Notes: generated by a model from the sequence alone, not told the origin. A DNA stretch of 64,000 bases from an uncultured Gemmatimonadales bacterium (GCA_963850905.1 CAWKMU010000003.1:448001-512000), one strand, 5' to 3'. Counted from the stretch's first letter, positions 9,416 to 20,392 are shown. Program-made: numbers and translations.

Positions 9416-11074
9416 TCACGGAAGCGGCGGTGGGGAATTCGTCACGCGGTGAAATTCGGCGTCGGCGTTCCAGGTCGGAAGACCCGGCGCGTTCGCGAGC
9501 TCCGTCCCGAAACCGAGGACGAAATCGGAGAGCTGGACGGCGCCGCGCAGATCGAAGTCCGGGCGATACTCGTCCGACGGTTGGTGGTATCGATGGGCCG
9601 TGTAGTCGTCTTGCTGCTGCATCCCCCAGTCGGCGGGGTGGCCCACGAAGTCGGTGCCCGCCCCGATCGACAAGGCGGGGACCCCCGCCTTCGCGAACGA
9701 GAAATGGTCCGAGCGATAGAAGTGCCCCTGCTCGGGATGCTGCTCCACCCCGATCCGCAGGCCGCGCGCTGCGGCGTATCGCTTGAGGGCTGGACCGAGC
9801 GAGCTCTTATTCGTGCCCAGCACGTCGAGATCGCGGAACCGACCGAGCAGATCGCCGCCGTCAATGTTGAGATTCGCGACTAGGTCGGCCGCGGAGTGAG
9901 GCGGGTGGGACGCGAAGTACGCTGACCCGAGCAGGCCGGACTCCTCTGCCGTGACGAACAGGAACATGAGTGATCGCCGCGGCCGCGGCGAGACGGCCGC
10001 GACTCGCGCCATCGCCAGGACATCGGCGACGCCGGACGCGTTGTCTTCGGCGCCGTTGTAGATCGAGTCGCCGTTGACCGCGGGTCCGATCCCGAGGTGA
10101 TCCCAGTGCGCCGAAAACACCACCGCCTCGTGCGCGACCGCTGGATCGCGACCAGGCACCACGCCGACGACGTTCATCGACTGGAGATGGTCGACCCGGT
10201 TCGAAAAGGCGATATCCACGGCGATACCCGTCGCCGTCGGATGAAATGATCGCGTGGACGCCTGCGAGCGGAGCATGGCGAGATCGAGCCCGGCCTGCGC
10301 GAGCAGCGCCGTCGCCGCACTGTCTGTGATCCACCCTCGCACGCCGAGCGGCGGTGGCAGCGTCGGATCGCGCGGCAGCGCGCGCTGTTCCTTGTCCCAC
10401 GACCCAACCACCGTGTGCCAGGGATACCCGGCGCGCTCGGTCGTGTGGATCACCAACGCACCGGCCGCGCCTCGACGCTCCGCCTCCTCGAACTTGTACG
10501 TCCATCGCCCGTAGTACACCATCGCGCCACCGCCAAACAGCGTCGGCTCGGCCGCAGTCGGCGGTGGATCGTTGACGAGCATCAGGAGGATCTTCCCCCG
10601 AACGTCCACGCCCTTGAAGTCATCCCAGTGATATTCCGGCGCCACGACACCGTACCCCACGAATACCAGCTCGCCAGCCACGTGACTTGCCGCGGTCGCC
10701 GACCCAGCCCAAACGACGATGTCCTCGGGATCACGCAGAGTCGCGGTCGCCTTTCCCGTCGCCACGGCCCGCAGGTGCTGCCGGTCTGCGGTAATCACAT
10801 CGATCGGAACTGCCTGGAAGTAGGAGCCAGTCCATCCCGGCTGCACGCCCTCGCTCTCGAGCGTGCTCGCGATGTAGTCGGCCGCCAGACGACCACCGCG
10901 TGTCGCGGGCGCGCGCCCTTCGAGCGGGTCGGAAGACAAAAACCGGAGATGGGCATCGATTTCTCCCACCGTCTCTCGAGGGGCCGGTGATTGCGCGAAC
11001 GCGGTCACCGGCACGGCGACGACCAGGAGAAGCCACGACAGCCAACGATCGCTACAATTCCGACCGGCGCTCAT
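9416..11074 (-). CDS. M28 family peptidase with PA domain, secreted
   Basis: SAHWDHLG, NGAEDNASG, TAEESGLLGS, RSDH and YHQPSD motifs; signal peptide ending AFA-Q. Confidence 0.92.
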   Translation of the reverse strand: MSAGRNCSDRWLSWLLLVVAVPVTAFAQSPAPRETVGEIDAHLRFLSSDPLEGRAPATRGGRLAADYIASTLESEGVQPGWTGSYFQAVPIDVITADRQHLRAVATGKATATLRDPEDIVVWAGSATAASHVAGELVFVGYGVVAPEYHWDDFKGVDVRGKILLMLVNDPPPTAAEPTLFGGGAMVYYGRWTYKFEEAERRGAAGALVIHTTERAGYPWHTVVGSWDKEQRALPRDPTLPPPLGVRGWITDSAATALLAQAGLDLAMLRSQASTRSFHPTATGIAVDIAFSNRVDHLQSMNVVGVVPGRDPAVAHEAVVFSAHWDHLGIGPAVNGDSIYNGAEDNASGVADVLAMARVAAVSPRPRRSLMFLFVTAEESGLLGSAYFASHPPHSAADLVANLNIDGGDLLGRFRDLDVLGTNKSSLGPALKRYAAARGLRIGVEQHPEQGHFYRSDHFSFAKAGVPALSIGAGTDFVGHPADWGMQQQDDYTAHRYHQPSDEYRPDFDLRGAVQLSDFVLGFGTELANAPGLPTWNADAEFHRVTNSPPPLP

Positions 11075-11194
11075 CGGGCCTATCTTAGCATGCGGCGCGA
11101 GACGCTGCATGCTGCCACGGGGGGCTTGCTTTGTAGCGCGGTCCTTGCGATAGACGAGCCACTGCTCTTCCATCACCCTCAAGGGGGATCGACC

Positions 11195-11701
11195 ATGTAC
11201 GTACCGTCCCGCTCACAGCACGCAGTGATGGTCTTCGCCGTGTTGCCTCTCCTGTTGCTCGCGCGACCGGCCACGGCTCAGACCAGCGCTGTGAGCAACA
11301 CGGGCGACAACTCGTCCTCCAGCGCGTCGCAGCTGTCGGCCGTGCCGATCACCGCGCCGGTCATGGTGGAGACGCCGGATGCGACCGTCCAGGCGCCCGC
11401 TCCCCAGCTCGACGCCGATCCCATCCCATCAGCCCCGCCCATCGAGGCATCGTCGGACGCGGGACCAACGTCCACATCCGCCACCGCCGGGATCCGCGCC
11501 CACTCGTCGACGCTCACGCGCCAACAGTTGGCTGATCGCGCCACCGCCGCGCACGGAGGCTTTGGCACCGACGGCGTCCTCATGATCGTCGGCGGTGCAG
11601 GGTTCATCGCCGGCCTGATCATCGGCGGTGGAGCGGGCACCGCCATCGCGATTGCGGGAGCCGTCATGGCACTCTACGGCCTATATCTCTATCTTCGCTG
11701 A
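11195..11701 (+). CDS. Hypothetical exported protein with a C-terminal Gly-rich hydrophobic hairpin
   Basis: GGGGG RBS, signal peptide (ATA-Q), S/P/A-rich linker and two hydrophobic segments at the C-terminus. Confidence 0.7.
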   Translation: MYVPSRSQHAVMVFAVLPLLLLARPATAQTSAVSNTGDNSSSSASQLSAVPITAPVMVETPDATVQAPAPQLDADPIPSAPPIEASSDAGPTSTSATAGIRAHSSTLTRQQLADRATAAHGGFGTDGVLMIVGGAGFIAGLIIGGGAGTAIAIAGAVMALYGLYLYLR

Positions 11702-11800
11702 TCACAACGACTTACATAACACTGACCAGGGTAGTTTCCACCCCACCCGAACGTCGCGGGAGCCCGTTGCTGGGTCGTTCGTTCAGGCGTCTTGGTCTAT

Positions 11801-13426
11801 ATGGCGCGGACCCTGCCGGACGAACCCAATCGGGTCCACCACGTCTTCAGCCTCGGCGCCAAGATCGTGACGGCATGTGCGGCGCTGGCGACCGTTTTGG
11901 GCTACGTGCACAGTGTCGGTCTTGACGGGTCGGCGACTCGCCGGACCGTCGGCACGTTCGGCGCAACGTGGATCGGGCTCACGCCCGCTGTCGACACAAT
12001 GTGGGCGTTGGGTGACACCCTGCACCTGGCTGCCACCGTCACCGACCGGCACGGGACCGCGCTCGTGGGCGCCACCATCGTCTGGAGCTCGAGCGATTCG
12101 AACGTCGTGACCGTCGCGGACGGTCAGGTGGTCGCGCGGCGTCCCGGCGCGGCGACCATCGTGTCGGCCGTCGGTGAGCTGGTGGCACGATCGGGCGTCG
12201 TGGTCCGGCCACGCATCGCGGCGCTGCACCTCGCCAGTGACAGTGCAGTCGAAGTTCCGGAAGGTGCGACCCGCACGGTGTCACTGCGCGGCACGGACGC
12301 TCGTGGGCACGTCCTGGGATTTGGCGACCAACGCGTGACGTGGCGCAGTGGCGACACGCTGGTAGCGGTCGTCGACACCACCGGCGCGCTCACTGGCGTA
12401 GCGGCTGGCCGGACGACCGTGGCCGCATCCGCCGCAGGAGTGTCGGCACAGATGCTCGTGACTGTGGTCGCCGAACCGGGCGCGTTGAGCGTCGCGAGCG
12501 GCGCCGGTCAGGACGCACCGGCAGGCACGACGCTCCCCGTGCCCGTCGTCGTGCGGCTCGTCTCGCAGCGCGGACGTCCGCTGAACGGCGTGCTGGTGCG
12601 ATTTCGGCGCCTGGATGGCGGAGGCGCAGCCGACGTCGCGTCTGCAACGACTGATCATGACGGGCGCGCGCACGTCTACTGGCGGCTGGGAGATTTCCCC
12701 GGGCGGCAGCGATTGGTAGCGGCGGTCGACGGTCTCGATAGCGCCGCGACCGCCGTCGCCGAAGCGGAGCCTGTCGCAGCGAACACGCGGATTATGTTGC
12801 TGCACGATGCGCAGAATGGACCGATCGCGACGAAGTTGGAGGAACCGGTCGGGATCCGCCTCGCAGATTCGAGCGGCCGCCCCCTGGTCGACGTTCCCGT
12901 CCGTTGGGAGACGGTCGACAGCGGCAAGGTGTCGGCCGCAGCAACGCGGTCGGATTCGCTCGGTGAGGCGCAGGCTACGTGGGTGCTCGGACCGGTCGCG
13001 GGACGTCAGCGTCTGCGCGTGTCGGTCGGGAACGGACGCCTCGTGAAGCCGGCGCTCATTCGGGCGGTCGCCGCACCCGGTCCCGCCGCGTCGATTCACG
13101 TCATGGCCGGCGCTGCGCAGCACGGCTCGAGCGGTTCGGTCCTGCCCAAGCCCATCGCGCTGCGGATCTCTGATGCCGCGGGCAACGCGGTCCCCGACGT
13201 CCGTGTCGCGCTGGCCCTCTCGGGCGGCACCGTCCCGGACAGCGCTCCGACCACGGACTCGCTCGGGTACGTCAAGGCCAAATGGACGCTACCTGAGACC
13301 GACCATGCCGGCACGTTGCATTTGCAGGCCCGCGTCGATGGCATAGTCAAAACAGCCGACGTGATCGCCAATGTCCTCGCCAAGCCACAGAGGACGTCGA
13401 CGCCCGCGCACCACCGACGCACGTGA
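11801..13426 (+). CDS. Membrane-anchored bacterial Ig-like repeat protein (Big_2/Big_1-like)
   Basis: WSSSDSNVVTV and WRSGDTLVAVVD (Big_2-like); three GxPxxxVxVxF/W...TDxxGxA..W repeats. Confidence 0.8.
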   Translation: MARTLPDEPNRVHHVFSLGAKIVTACAALATVLGYVHSVGLDGSATRRTVGTFGATWIGLTPAVDTMWALGDTLHLAATVTDRHGTALVGATIVWSSSDSNVVTVADGQVVARRPGAATIVSAVGELVARSGVVVRPRIAALHLASDSAVEVPEGATRTVSLRGTDARGHVLGFGDQRVTWRSGDTLVAVVDTTGALTGVAAGRTTVAASAAGVSAQMLVTVVAEPGALSVASGAGQDAPAGTTLPVPVVVRLVSQRGRPLNGVLVRFRRLDGGGAADVASATTDHDGRAHVYWRLGDFPGRQRLVAAVDGLDSAATAVAEAEPVAANTRIMLLHDAQNGPIATKLEEPVGIRLADSSGRPLVDVPVRWETVDSGKVSAAATRSDSLGEAQATWVLGPVAGRQRLRVSVGNGRLVKPALIRAVAAPGPAASIHVMAGAAQHGSSGSVLPKPIALRISDAAGNAVPDVRVALALSGGTVPDSAPTTDSLGYVKAKWTLPETDHAGTLHLQARVDGIVKTADVIANVLAKPQRTSTPAHHRRT

Positions 13427-13448
13427 TCGCGGTGTCGGTCGAGTCGCT

Positions 13449-14552
13449 ATGAGCGCGCGCGTCGCGGTGGTGCTCGGCGGGGGAGGGCTCAAGGGGTTCG
13501 CGCATATCGGCGTGCTGCGCGCGTTGGCGGAAGCAGGTATCCATCCGTCCGTTTATGCAGGCACGAGCATCGGCGCCCTGATCGCAGCAGCGGCGGCAGC
13601 CGGGATGACGACGGACAGGATGGCGGAGCACGCGCGCCAAGTACAGCGACGAGATCTGTTCCGATTGAACCACTTGGGGATGCTGATTGAGCGGCGTCGC
13701 GTTTCGTCCATCTACGATGGCGGACCGCTGCGGGCGCTCTGCCAGGCCAATGTGCCGGACGGCACGTTCGAGGAGCTGCCCATTCCCGTGCTGGTGAACA
13801 CGTTCGACATCCAGGGTGGCATGCAGGTGGTGTGGGGACTGCCGGGTCTCCGCGACGTCAAGGTTAGCGATGCGGTCTACGCCTCGTGCGCGCTGCCCGG
13901 ATTCTTTCCGCCCGGTCTCGTCGACGGCCGGCTGTGCATCGATGGCGGCACGGTCGACAACCTCCCCGTCCAGATCGCGGCCACCGAGGCCGACGCGATC
14001 ATTGCCGTGGACGTAGGCAGTACTGACCTGACTCACGCCGACGACATTGGACACCAGGGGTTCGCTGCGATCTACATGCGCGCGGCGACGGCAATGATGC
14101 ACGCGCTCCAGCAACAGCCGCTGGCCCGGTGGAAAGAGCCGCCGATGCTGCTCATTCGTCCGCGCGTTGGGCACGTGGGGTGGCTCAGCTTCTCGCACAC
14201 CGATGAGCTCATCGCGGAAGGATACCGGACGGCCCGCGACGCGCTCACGCACTGGAACGAGGTGATCGCGGCGCCAAGCGGCGTGTTCCCACGCCGCATC
14301 GTCCGGGTGCAAGTCGACCAGTCGTTGTGCATCGGGTGCGGCGTCTGCCCCGCCCTGGCCCCGACGACCATGGCTCTCGACGAGACCGGCCACGCATACC
14401 CGCTGGCCGAACGATTCCAATGGTCGCCCGCCGACGGCGACTTCATCGCGCAATGCCCGACCGGCGCACTCTCAGCCGTGACGCTCGAGACCCCGCGTCC
14501 CCGCACCCGGGCGGCGCGAACGATCAAGAAGAGCGAGAGCGTCGGGGATTAG
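13449..14552 (+). CDS. Patatin-like phospholipase fused to a C-terminal ferredoxin
   Basis: GGGGLKG, GTSIG and DGG motifs; C-terminal CIGCGVC...CPTGAL. Confidence 0.88.
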   Translation: MSARVAVVLGGGGLKGFAHIGVLRALAEAGIHPSVYAGTSIGALIAAAAAAGMTTDRMAEHARQVQRRDLFRLNHLGMLIERRRVSSIYDGGPLRALCQANVPDGTFEELPIPVLVNTFDIQGGMQVVWGLPGLRDVKVSDAVYASCALPGFFPPGLVDGRLCIDGGTVDNLPVQIAATEADAIIAVDVGSTDLTHADDIGHQGFAAIYMRAATAMMHALQQQPLARWKEPPMLLIRPRVGHVGWLSFSHTDELIAEGYRTARDALTHWNEVIAAPSGVFPRRIVRVQVDQSLCIGCGVCPALAPTTMALDETGHAYPLAERFQWSPADGDFIAQCPTGALSAVTLETPRPRTRAARTIKKSESVGD

Positions 14553-14563
14553 AACAGCAACCA

Positions 14564-14717
14564 CGGGTTTGGGGTCCTGGGGTAAACTGCGACAAACCGC
14601 GAAGGCCAGTCACGGCGCGCCGCGACCGGCCTTGGACCGGTAGGGGCGACGCATTGCGTCGCCCGCCGTTGTCGTTGCGGTTGTTCCCCAAACCACAGAC
14701 CCCAAACCCCAAACCCG
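14564..14717 (+). mobile_element. MITE-like composite element: REP hairpin inside heptamer-derived terminal inverted repeats
   Basis: 12-bp perfect inverted repeat CGGGTTTGGGGT (14564-14575) / ACCCCAAACCCG (14706-14717); REP at 14640-14664; homologous to 26050-26187. Confidence 0.6.
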
Positions 14718-14721
14718 CCGT

Positions 14722-17524
14722 TCAGTCCTTCTTTGCCATTAACTGCCTCAACACATACAGCAAAATCCCCCCGTGCCGATAATACGCCAGCTCTTCCGGC
14801 GTATCGACACGAGTGACGACGGGGAAACGCTGCTCGCGGCCCTGTGCATCGCGCAAACGCACGGTGAGACGGGCACGCGGACGCATCGCATCGGTGAGTC
14901 CCTCAATGTCGTACGTCTCGAAGCCAGTGAGGTTCAGCGTTTGACGCGTCGCCCCATCCACGAACTCCAGTGGCAGAATGCCCATGCCCACGAGGTTCGA
15001 TCGGTGGATGCGTTCGAAGGATTCGGCGATCACCGCGCGCACACCCAGCAAACGGGGACCCTTCGCCGCCCAGTCGCGTGAAGACCCCGTGCCGTACTCC
15101 TTGCCCGCAATGACGATCAACGGCGTCTTGGTGCGCTCATAGCCGACCGCCGCATCGTAGATCGACACTGGACTCCCCGACGGATCGGTGCGCGTCCACC
15201 ATCCTTCGGTCCCGGGTGCCAGCTCGTTGCGCAACCGGATGTTGCCGAATGTCCCGCGCACCATCACCTCATCGTTCCCACGCCGCGCGCCGTACGAATT
15301 GAAGTTTTCCTGCGGCACGCCGTGCGCGATCAGCCACTGGCCCGCCGGGCTCTTGGCCGGAATCGATCCTGCGGGCGAGATGTGATCGGTCGTGATGGAA
15401 TCGCCCAGCAGCGCCAGCACGCGCGCGTCGGTGATCGCCGTGACGCCCGGCGGCGTCAGCGTCATGTCATCGAAGTAGGGCGGGTGCTTGACGTACGTCG
15501 ATGTGTTGTCCCACGCGTAGCGATCTCCGGCTGGCACCGGCAGGCCGCGCCACCGTTCGTCGCCTTCAAACACATTGCCGTACTGCCGCACGAACATCTC
15601 CACGCTTGACCGATCGGAGCATTTCGGTCTCGACGTCGCGCGGACTCGGCCAGATGTCGCGCAAGAACACCGGCCCCGCCGCCCCGACGCCCAGCGGCTC
15701 CGTCGTCACATCGATGTCCATACGGCCGGCGAGGGCGTAGGCGACGACGAGTGGTGGCGAGGCGAGGTAGTTGAAACGGGTCAGCGGGTTGACGCGACCC
15801 TCGAAGTTGCGATTGCCCGACAACACGGCGGCAACAACCAGCTGGTTTGCCTCGACGGCGTCCGCGACTGGCTGCGCCAACGGCCCCGAATTACCGATGC
15901 AGGTCGTACACCCGTAGCCCACGACGTTGAAGCCCAGCGTCGCGAGCGGCTCGAGGACATTCGCCTGCCGCAAGTAGTCCGTCACGACCTTGGAGCCCGG
16001 CGCGAGACTGGTCTTGACCCACGGCTTGACCGCGAGGCCGGCGGCGACCGCGTTGCGCGCCAGCATCCCCGCGGCCAGCATGACGGACGGGTTGGACGTG
16101 TTGGTACAGCTCGTGATCGCCGCGATCACCACGTCACCGTGATGCAGCGAGAACCGCTTCCCGCCGAGCTCACACGGTACACCGTCGCCCGAATGCTGCG
16201 GCTGCCCGCCGCCTTCCGTGTCTTCGCGCATCACCGCCCGCTGCACCTCGGGACCCGCTTCGGCGAAGGCGACTGCAGGCTGTCGCTTGCTCGATGCCGC
16301 GCCGCTCAACTTCTCCAACTCGGCGTTCAGCGCATCCCGAAACATCGTCTTCGCTCGCCCGAGCGGTACGCGATCCTGTGGGCGCTTCGGTCCGGCGAGG
16401 CTCGGCTCGACGCTGCCCAGGTCGAGCGCCAATGTGTCGGCGAAGACGGGGTCCTGCATCGCGTCTGTGCGAAACAGCCCCTGCATCTTGCAGTAGGCCT
16501 CGACCAGCTGCACCTGAGGCTCCGGCCGACCCGTCAACCGAAGGTACGCGAGCGTCTCGTCGTCGACGGGGAAAAACCCCATCGTGGCCCCGTACTCTGG
16601 CGCCATGTTGGCGATCGTCGCCCGGTCCGCCAGCGAGAGGCTGGACAATCCGGCGCCGTAGAATTCGACGAACTTGCCGACGACCTTCTTCTGTCGGAGC
16701 ATCTGCGTGACCGTGAGCACGAGATCAGTCGCGCTCGCCCCGGGCGGCAACTTGCCGTGGAGTCTGAAGCCGACGACCTCTGGCACGAGCAGCGACAGCG
16801 GCTGGCCGAGCATCGCCGCCTCGGCCTCGATGCCTCCCACACCCCAGCCAAACACGCCAAGTCCGTTGATCATCGTCGTGTGCGAGTCCGTGCCGACGAG
16901 CGAATCCGGATACGCGACGACGCTGCCGTTCACGCGACTCGTGAACACTACGGGAGCCAGGTACTCGAGATTGACCTGGTGCACGATGCCGGTGTCCGGC
17001 GGGACGACGCGGAAGTTGCGAAATGCCGTTTGGCCCCACCGCAGAAAGGCGTACCGCTCCTGGTTGCGTTCGAATTCGAGGCGGGCGTTGATGAGAAACG
17101 CGGCATCGGAGCCGTATTCGTCCACCTGGACCGAGTGATCGATCACCAGGTCGACAGGCTGGAGCGGATTGATACGGGTAGGATCGCCACCCAAACGAGC
17201 TATCGCATCGCGCATTGCCGCGAGATCCACCACCGCCGGGACGCCGGTGAAGTCCTGGAGCAGGACGCGGCTCGTGCGGAAGGCGATCTCTCGGTCGGCA
17301 GGCCGTCGGACATCCCACGTTGCGAGCGCTTCGATGTCTGCGCGCTTGACGAACGACCCGTCCTCATTGCGGAGGAGATTCTCGAGCAGGATTTTCAGGC
17401 TGAACGGCAGTCGATCCAGGGTCGATCCAGGGACGCTGCGCACCGCATCGAGGCGATACGCGACATACGACTCGCCGCCAACATCGAGGGTCGTGCGGCT
17501 GTGAAATGAGTCGAGATTTGCCAT
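14722..17524 (-). CDS. acnA: Aconitate hydratase A, split by a 1-nt frameshift near 15600 (probably a sequencing error)
   Basis: [52 protein letters not shown] and [10 protein letters not shown]; removing one G restores SVKR-EMF. Confidence 0.95.
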
Positions 17525-17589
17525 GCCTGCAAGATAATAGATTCGTCGGACCGACCATCCCTTTTGGTACCTCCGTCATCCGTTGCATA

Positions 17590-18615
17590 ATGCCAACGCT
17601 CCCGCCGCTCGACGTTAGCACATTGACATTCGATCTCGTCCGCATCCCCTCGATCAGCGGAACAGAAGGGGAAGTCGTCGGCGCGGTCGAGAAACTGCTG
17701 CGCGAGCGGGCGTGGTCGGTGCAACGGATCGCCGTGTCGCCGGGACGCGACGACCTGTGGGCGACAGCCTGCGACGCGCCGCTCGTGACCTTGTCGACGC
17801 ACCTGGACACGGTGCCGCCATATATCCCGCCGCACACCGACGCGGGCCGCCTGTATGGACGCGGCGCGTGCGATGCCAAGGGCATTGCAGCAGCCATGAT
17901 CGTCGCCGCAGAGCGACTGCGGGCTCGCGATGTGCCCGTCGGATTGCTCTTCGTCGTCGGCGAAGAGACCGTGCATGACGGTGCGTTGGCAGCAAATACG
18001 ATGGTCACGACCAGCCGGGTGCTGATCAATGGAGAGCCGACCGAGAGCCGCCTGGCCGTCGGGACCAAGGGTGCGCTGCGCGCGGTCGTGCGCACCACCG
18101 GTCGCGCAGCCCATTCGGCCTATCCGGAGCTCGGACGCTCCGCGACCCGCGAGCTCGTGCATGTGCTCGCCACGCTCGATGACGTCGCTCTTCCGACAGA
18201 CCCAGTATTGGGCGCGACGACGATCAACATTGGCGCCCTCTCCGGCGGCGTCGCTGACAACGTGATCGCGCCCTGGGCCGAAGCACGCCTGATGATTCGG
18301 CTCGTCAGTGATGCTGGCGACGTCCAAGCTCGATTGCGCGGCTGGGCGGAGCCGCGTGCCACGATCGAATTTGCGGCCATGGTGCCGCCCGTGCACTTAC
18401 ACACGGTCCCCGGTTTCGAGACCGGCGTCGTCGCCTTCGCCACCGACGTGCCGTGCCTCGCCCGCTGGGGCACGCCATACCTGTTCGGTCCAGGTTCGAT
18501 TCACACCGCCCACACCGACGGCGAATACGTCGAGTTGGCCGAGCTCGGGCGCGCAGTGGATGCGTACGAGCGGCTGGCAGACGGGGCTCTGAACAGCGGG
18601 GCTCCGGACCGGTAG
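17590..18615 (+). CDS. M20 family metallohydrolase (ArgE/DapE-like)
   Basis: STHLDTVPP, GRGACDAKG, VGEE, GEPT and AHT motifs. Confidence 0.9.
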   Translation: MPTLPPLDVSTLTFDLVRIPSISGTEGEVVGAVEKLLRERAWSVQRIAVSPGRDDLWATACDAPLVTLSTHLDTVPPYIPPHTDAGRLYGRGACDAKGIAAAMIVAAERLRARDVPVGLLFVVGEETVHDGALAANTMVTTSRVLINGEPTESRLAVGTKGALRAVVRTTGRAAHSAYPELGRSATRELVHVLATLDDVALPTDPVLGATTINIGALSGGVADNVIAPWAEARLMIRLVSDAGDVQARLRGWAEPRATIEFAAMVPPVHLHTVPGFETGVVAFATDVPCLARWGTPYLFGPGSIHTAHTDGEYVELAELGRAVDAYERLADGALNSGAPDR

Positions 18616-18725
18616 GGGCGACGCATTGCGTCGCCCGTTGTTGTCGTTCCCGAATCCGGTGGCTCCGGACCGGTAGGGGCGACGCATTGCGTCGCCCGTT
18701 GTTGTCGTTCCCGAATCCGGTGGCT
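18600..18725 (+). repeat. Perfect 61-bp tandem duplication, each unit containing a REP hairpin
   Basis: Units at 18600-18660 and 18661-18721; REPs at 18612-18636 and 18673-18697. Confidence 0.9.
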
Positions 18726-18727
18726 GA

Positions 18728-20392
18728 CTAGTTGACCGACGGCGGCAGCGACGACGATGCACCCGAATCCTTGCTCGCCTGGGGCGCCGGCGCCTTCCCC
18801 CCACTATCCAACCCACTGGTGCCATTCACGCGCGCAGAGAATGCGGCGAAGGACGTGTCGTTCGGCATGGCATTGACGGTGATCTGGCCGGGCAGAAATG
18901 CGTCGCCTGAGCTCTCGAGAGAGACGACGTGTGGCCCGGGATCGACCCGCACGACGAGCGGCGAGAACCCCAACGTGTGGCCATCGATGCGGACACGGGC
19001 GGCACCGCCGTGGACAACGACGCGGATGTAGCCCGGCGCCTCTGCCCCTGGATCGACCGGCGTACCATGCGCCGGAAACAACGTGGGGTCGACCGCCACC
19101 GGCGCTCGCCCAGGCGCGGACGCGCCGCTCGTGGGTGCGTTCGTGTTGTTCAGGTCGAACGTGGTGTCGACGTTCATGATCGAGTCGGCTGGCGCAGCGG
19201 TGCTGTCGGCATGCGCCGCAGTGCTCGGCGCGAGATCGGGCAGTAGATGCGGCCGAAACACGGCGACGAGCCCCACCACGACCGCGATCGCGACAAACGT
19301 CATGGCAATCGCCGCCTTGGTGCCCGCGCTCATGCCTGACGTCGGGATCGGGGCCATCACGATGGGCACCGACGTACGCGTGTTCGCCGTGACGGGACGC
19401 CGCCCGCTGAGCGCCTCGATGAACGCGGTCGACGACGTGAAGCGCGCCGACGAGTTCTTGTGCATCGCCCGCTTGATCGCCAGGTCGACGAACGGCGGCA
19501 GTGACGCCTTGATCGACGACGCGTTGGGGATCTCCGCCGTGAGGTGCAGCTTGAGCAGGTCCTGCACACGAGGCGTCTCAAAGGGCCGGTGGCCGGTCAG
19601 CATCTCGAACGCCATCACCGCGAGCGCGTATTGGTCCGCGCGCGCGTCGATCTCCTCTCCTCGCCACTGCTCCGGCGACATGTACCCTGGCGATCCGATG
19701 ACCGCGCCCGTCGCGAGCGGCGCCTCGTTGACCCCCAAGCCTCGCGCGATCCCGAAGTCGGAGACCATCGCGTGCCCGCTGTCCCCGATCAGGACGTTCG
19801 CAGGCTTGATGTCGCGGTGCACGACTCCCTGACCATGCGCATAGTCCAGCGCGCCCGCCACGTCGCGCAGAATCTCGGTCGCATGGATGAAGTCCAGCGA
19901 GCGGTGACCATCGAGCATGTCCTCGAGCGTGCCGCCGCGGACGAGACGCATGGTGTAATACGCGACCGTGTTGCGTTGGCCCACGGCGAAGATCGGCACG
20001 ACGTTGGGGTGGTCCAGCCGCGCGGCGAGCTTTGCCTCGCGCTCGAACCGCGCGTACGCGTCGGGTGACAACACGGGGTCGAGCGCCAGCACTTTGAGGG
20101 CGACCTCGCGGTCGAGCGCGAGTTCCAGCGCGCGAAACACGATGCCCATGCCGCCGCGACCCATCAGTTCGATCAGCCGGTACGAGTCCCCGATGGCCTC
20201 TTGCAACCGAAGCCGGATGCGCTCGGCTTGCTCCGCGGCGTTGGGGCCGCTCGGAGTCGCGCCGCATCGGGGACACGTCGCCGCGCCCGTGGCCATCGAT
20301 GCCCCGCACCGCGTGCATGCCCCAGAGACCCCTGCGGGCGTCGTGACGGCCGCCGGCGAGGCATCTCGAGGGTTGCTTTGACTCCCGGTCAC
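18728..20392 (-). CDS. Hanks-type Ser/Thr protein kinase with N-terminal zinc ribbon, TM helix and PEGA-like domain
   Basis: CTRC...CPRC; GRGGMG, VALK, HRDIKPAN, DFG and GSPGYMSPE; TM segment; RIDGHTLGFSP. Confidence 0.92.
   Translation of the reverse strand: MTGSQSNPRDASPAAVTTPAGVSGACTRCGASMATGAATCPRCGATPSGPNAAEQAERIRLRLQEAIGDSYRLIELMGRGGMGIVFRALELALDREVALKVLALDPVLSPDAYARFEREAKLAARLDHPNVVPIFAVGQRNTVAYYTMRLVRGGTLEDMLDGHRSLDFIHATEILRDVAGALDYAHGQGVVHRDIKPANVLIGDSGHAMVSDFGIARGLGVNEAPLATGAVIGSPGYMSPEQWRGEEIDARADQYALAVMAFEMLTGHRPFETPRVQDLLKLHLTAEIPNASSIKASLPPFVDLAIKRAMHKNSSARFTSSTAFIEALSGRRPVTANTRTSVPIVMAPIPTSGMSAGTKAAIAMTFVAIAVVVGLVAVFRPHLLPDLAPSTAAHADSTAAPADSIMNVDTTFDLNNTNAPTSGASAPGRAPVAVDPTLFPAHGTPVDPGAEAPGYIRVVVHGGAARVRIDGHTLGFSPLVVRVDPGPHVVSLESSGDAFLPGQITVNAMPNDTSFAAFSARVNGTSGLDSGGKAPAPQASKDSGASSSLPPSVN

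Noticed and set aside
13449..14552. CBASS/CapV-type anti-phage patatin effector
   Set aside because: No CD-NTase or other defence genes are adjacent; the context is housekeeping.
15566..15610. Programmed frameshift in acnA
   Set aside because: No slippery sequence or stimulatory structure is evident; a single extra G explains it.
15575..17509. Long antisense ORFs (644 aa here; also 30106-31959, 56224-58257 and 8455-9786)
   Set aside because: These are shadow frames of high-GC genes: Arg/His-rich, without recognisable motifs, and opposite well-supported CDSs.
18600..18725. Mini CRISPR array
   Set aside because: Only two units, the would-be spacers are identical, the repeat is the dispersed REP, and there are no cas genes.
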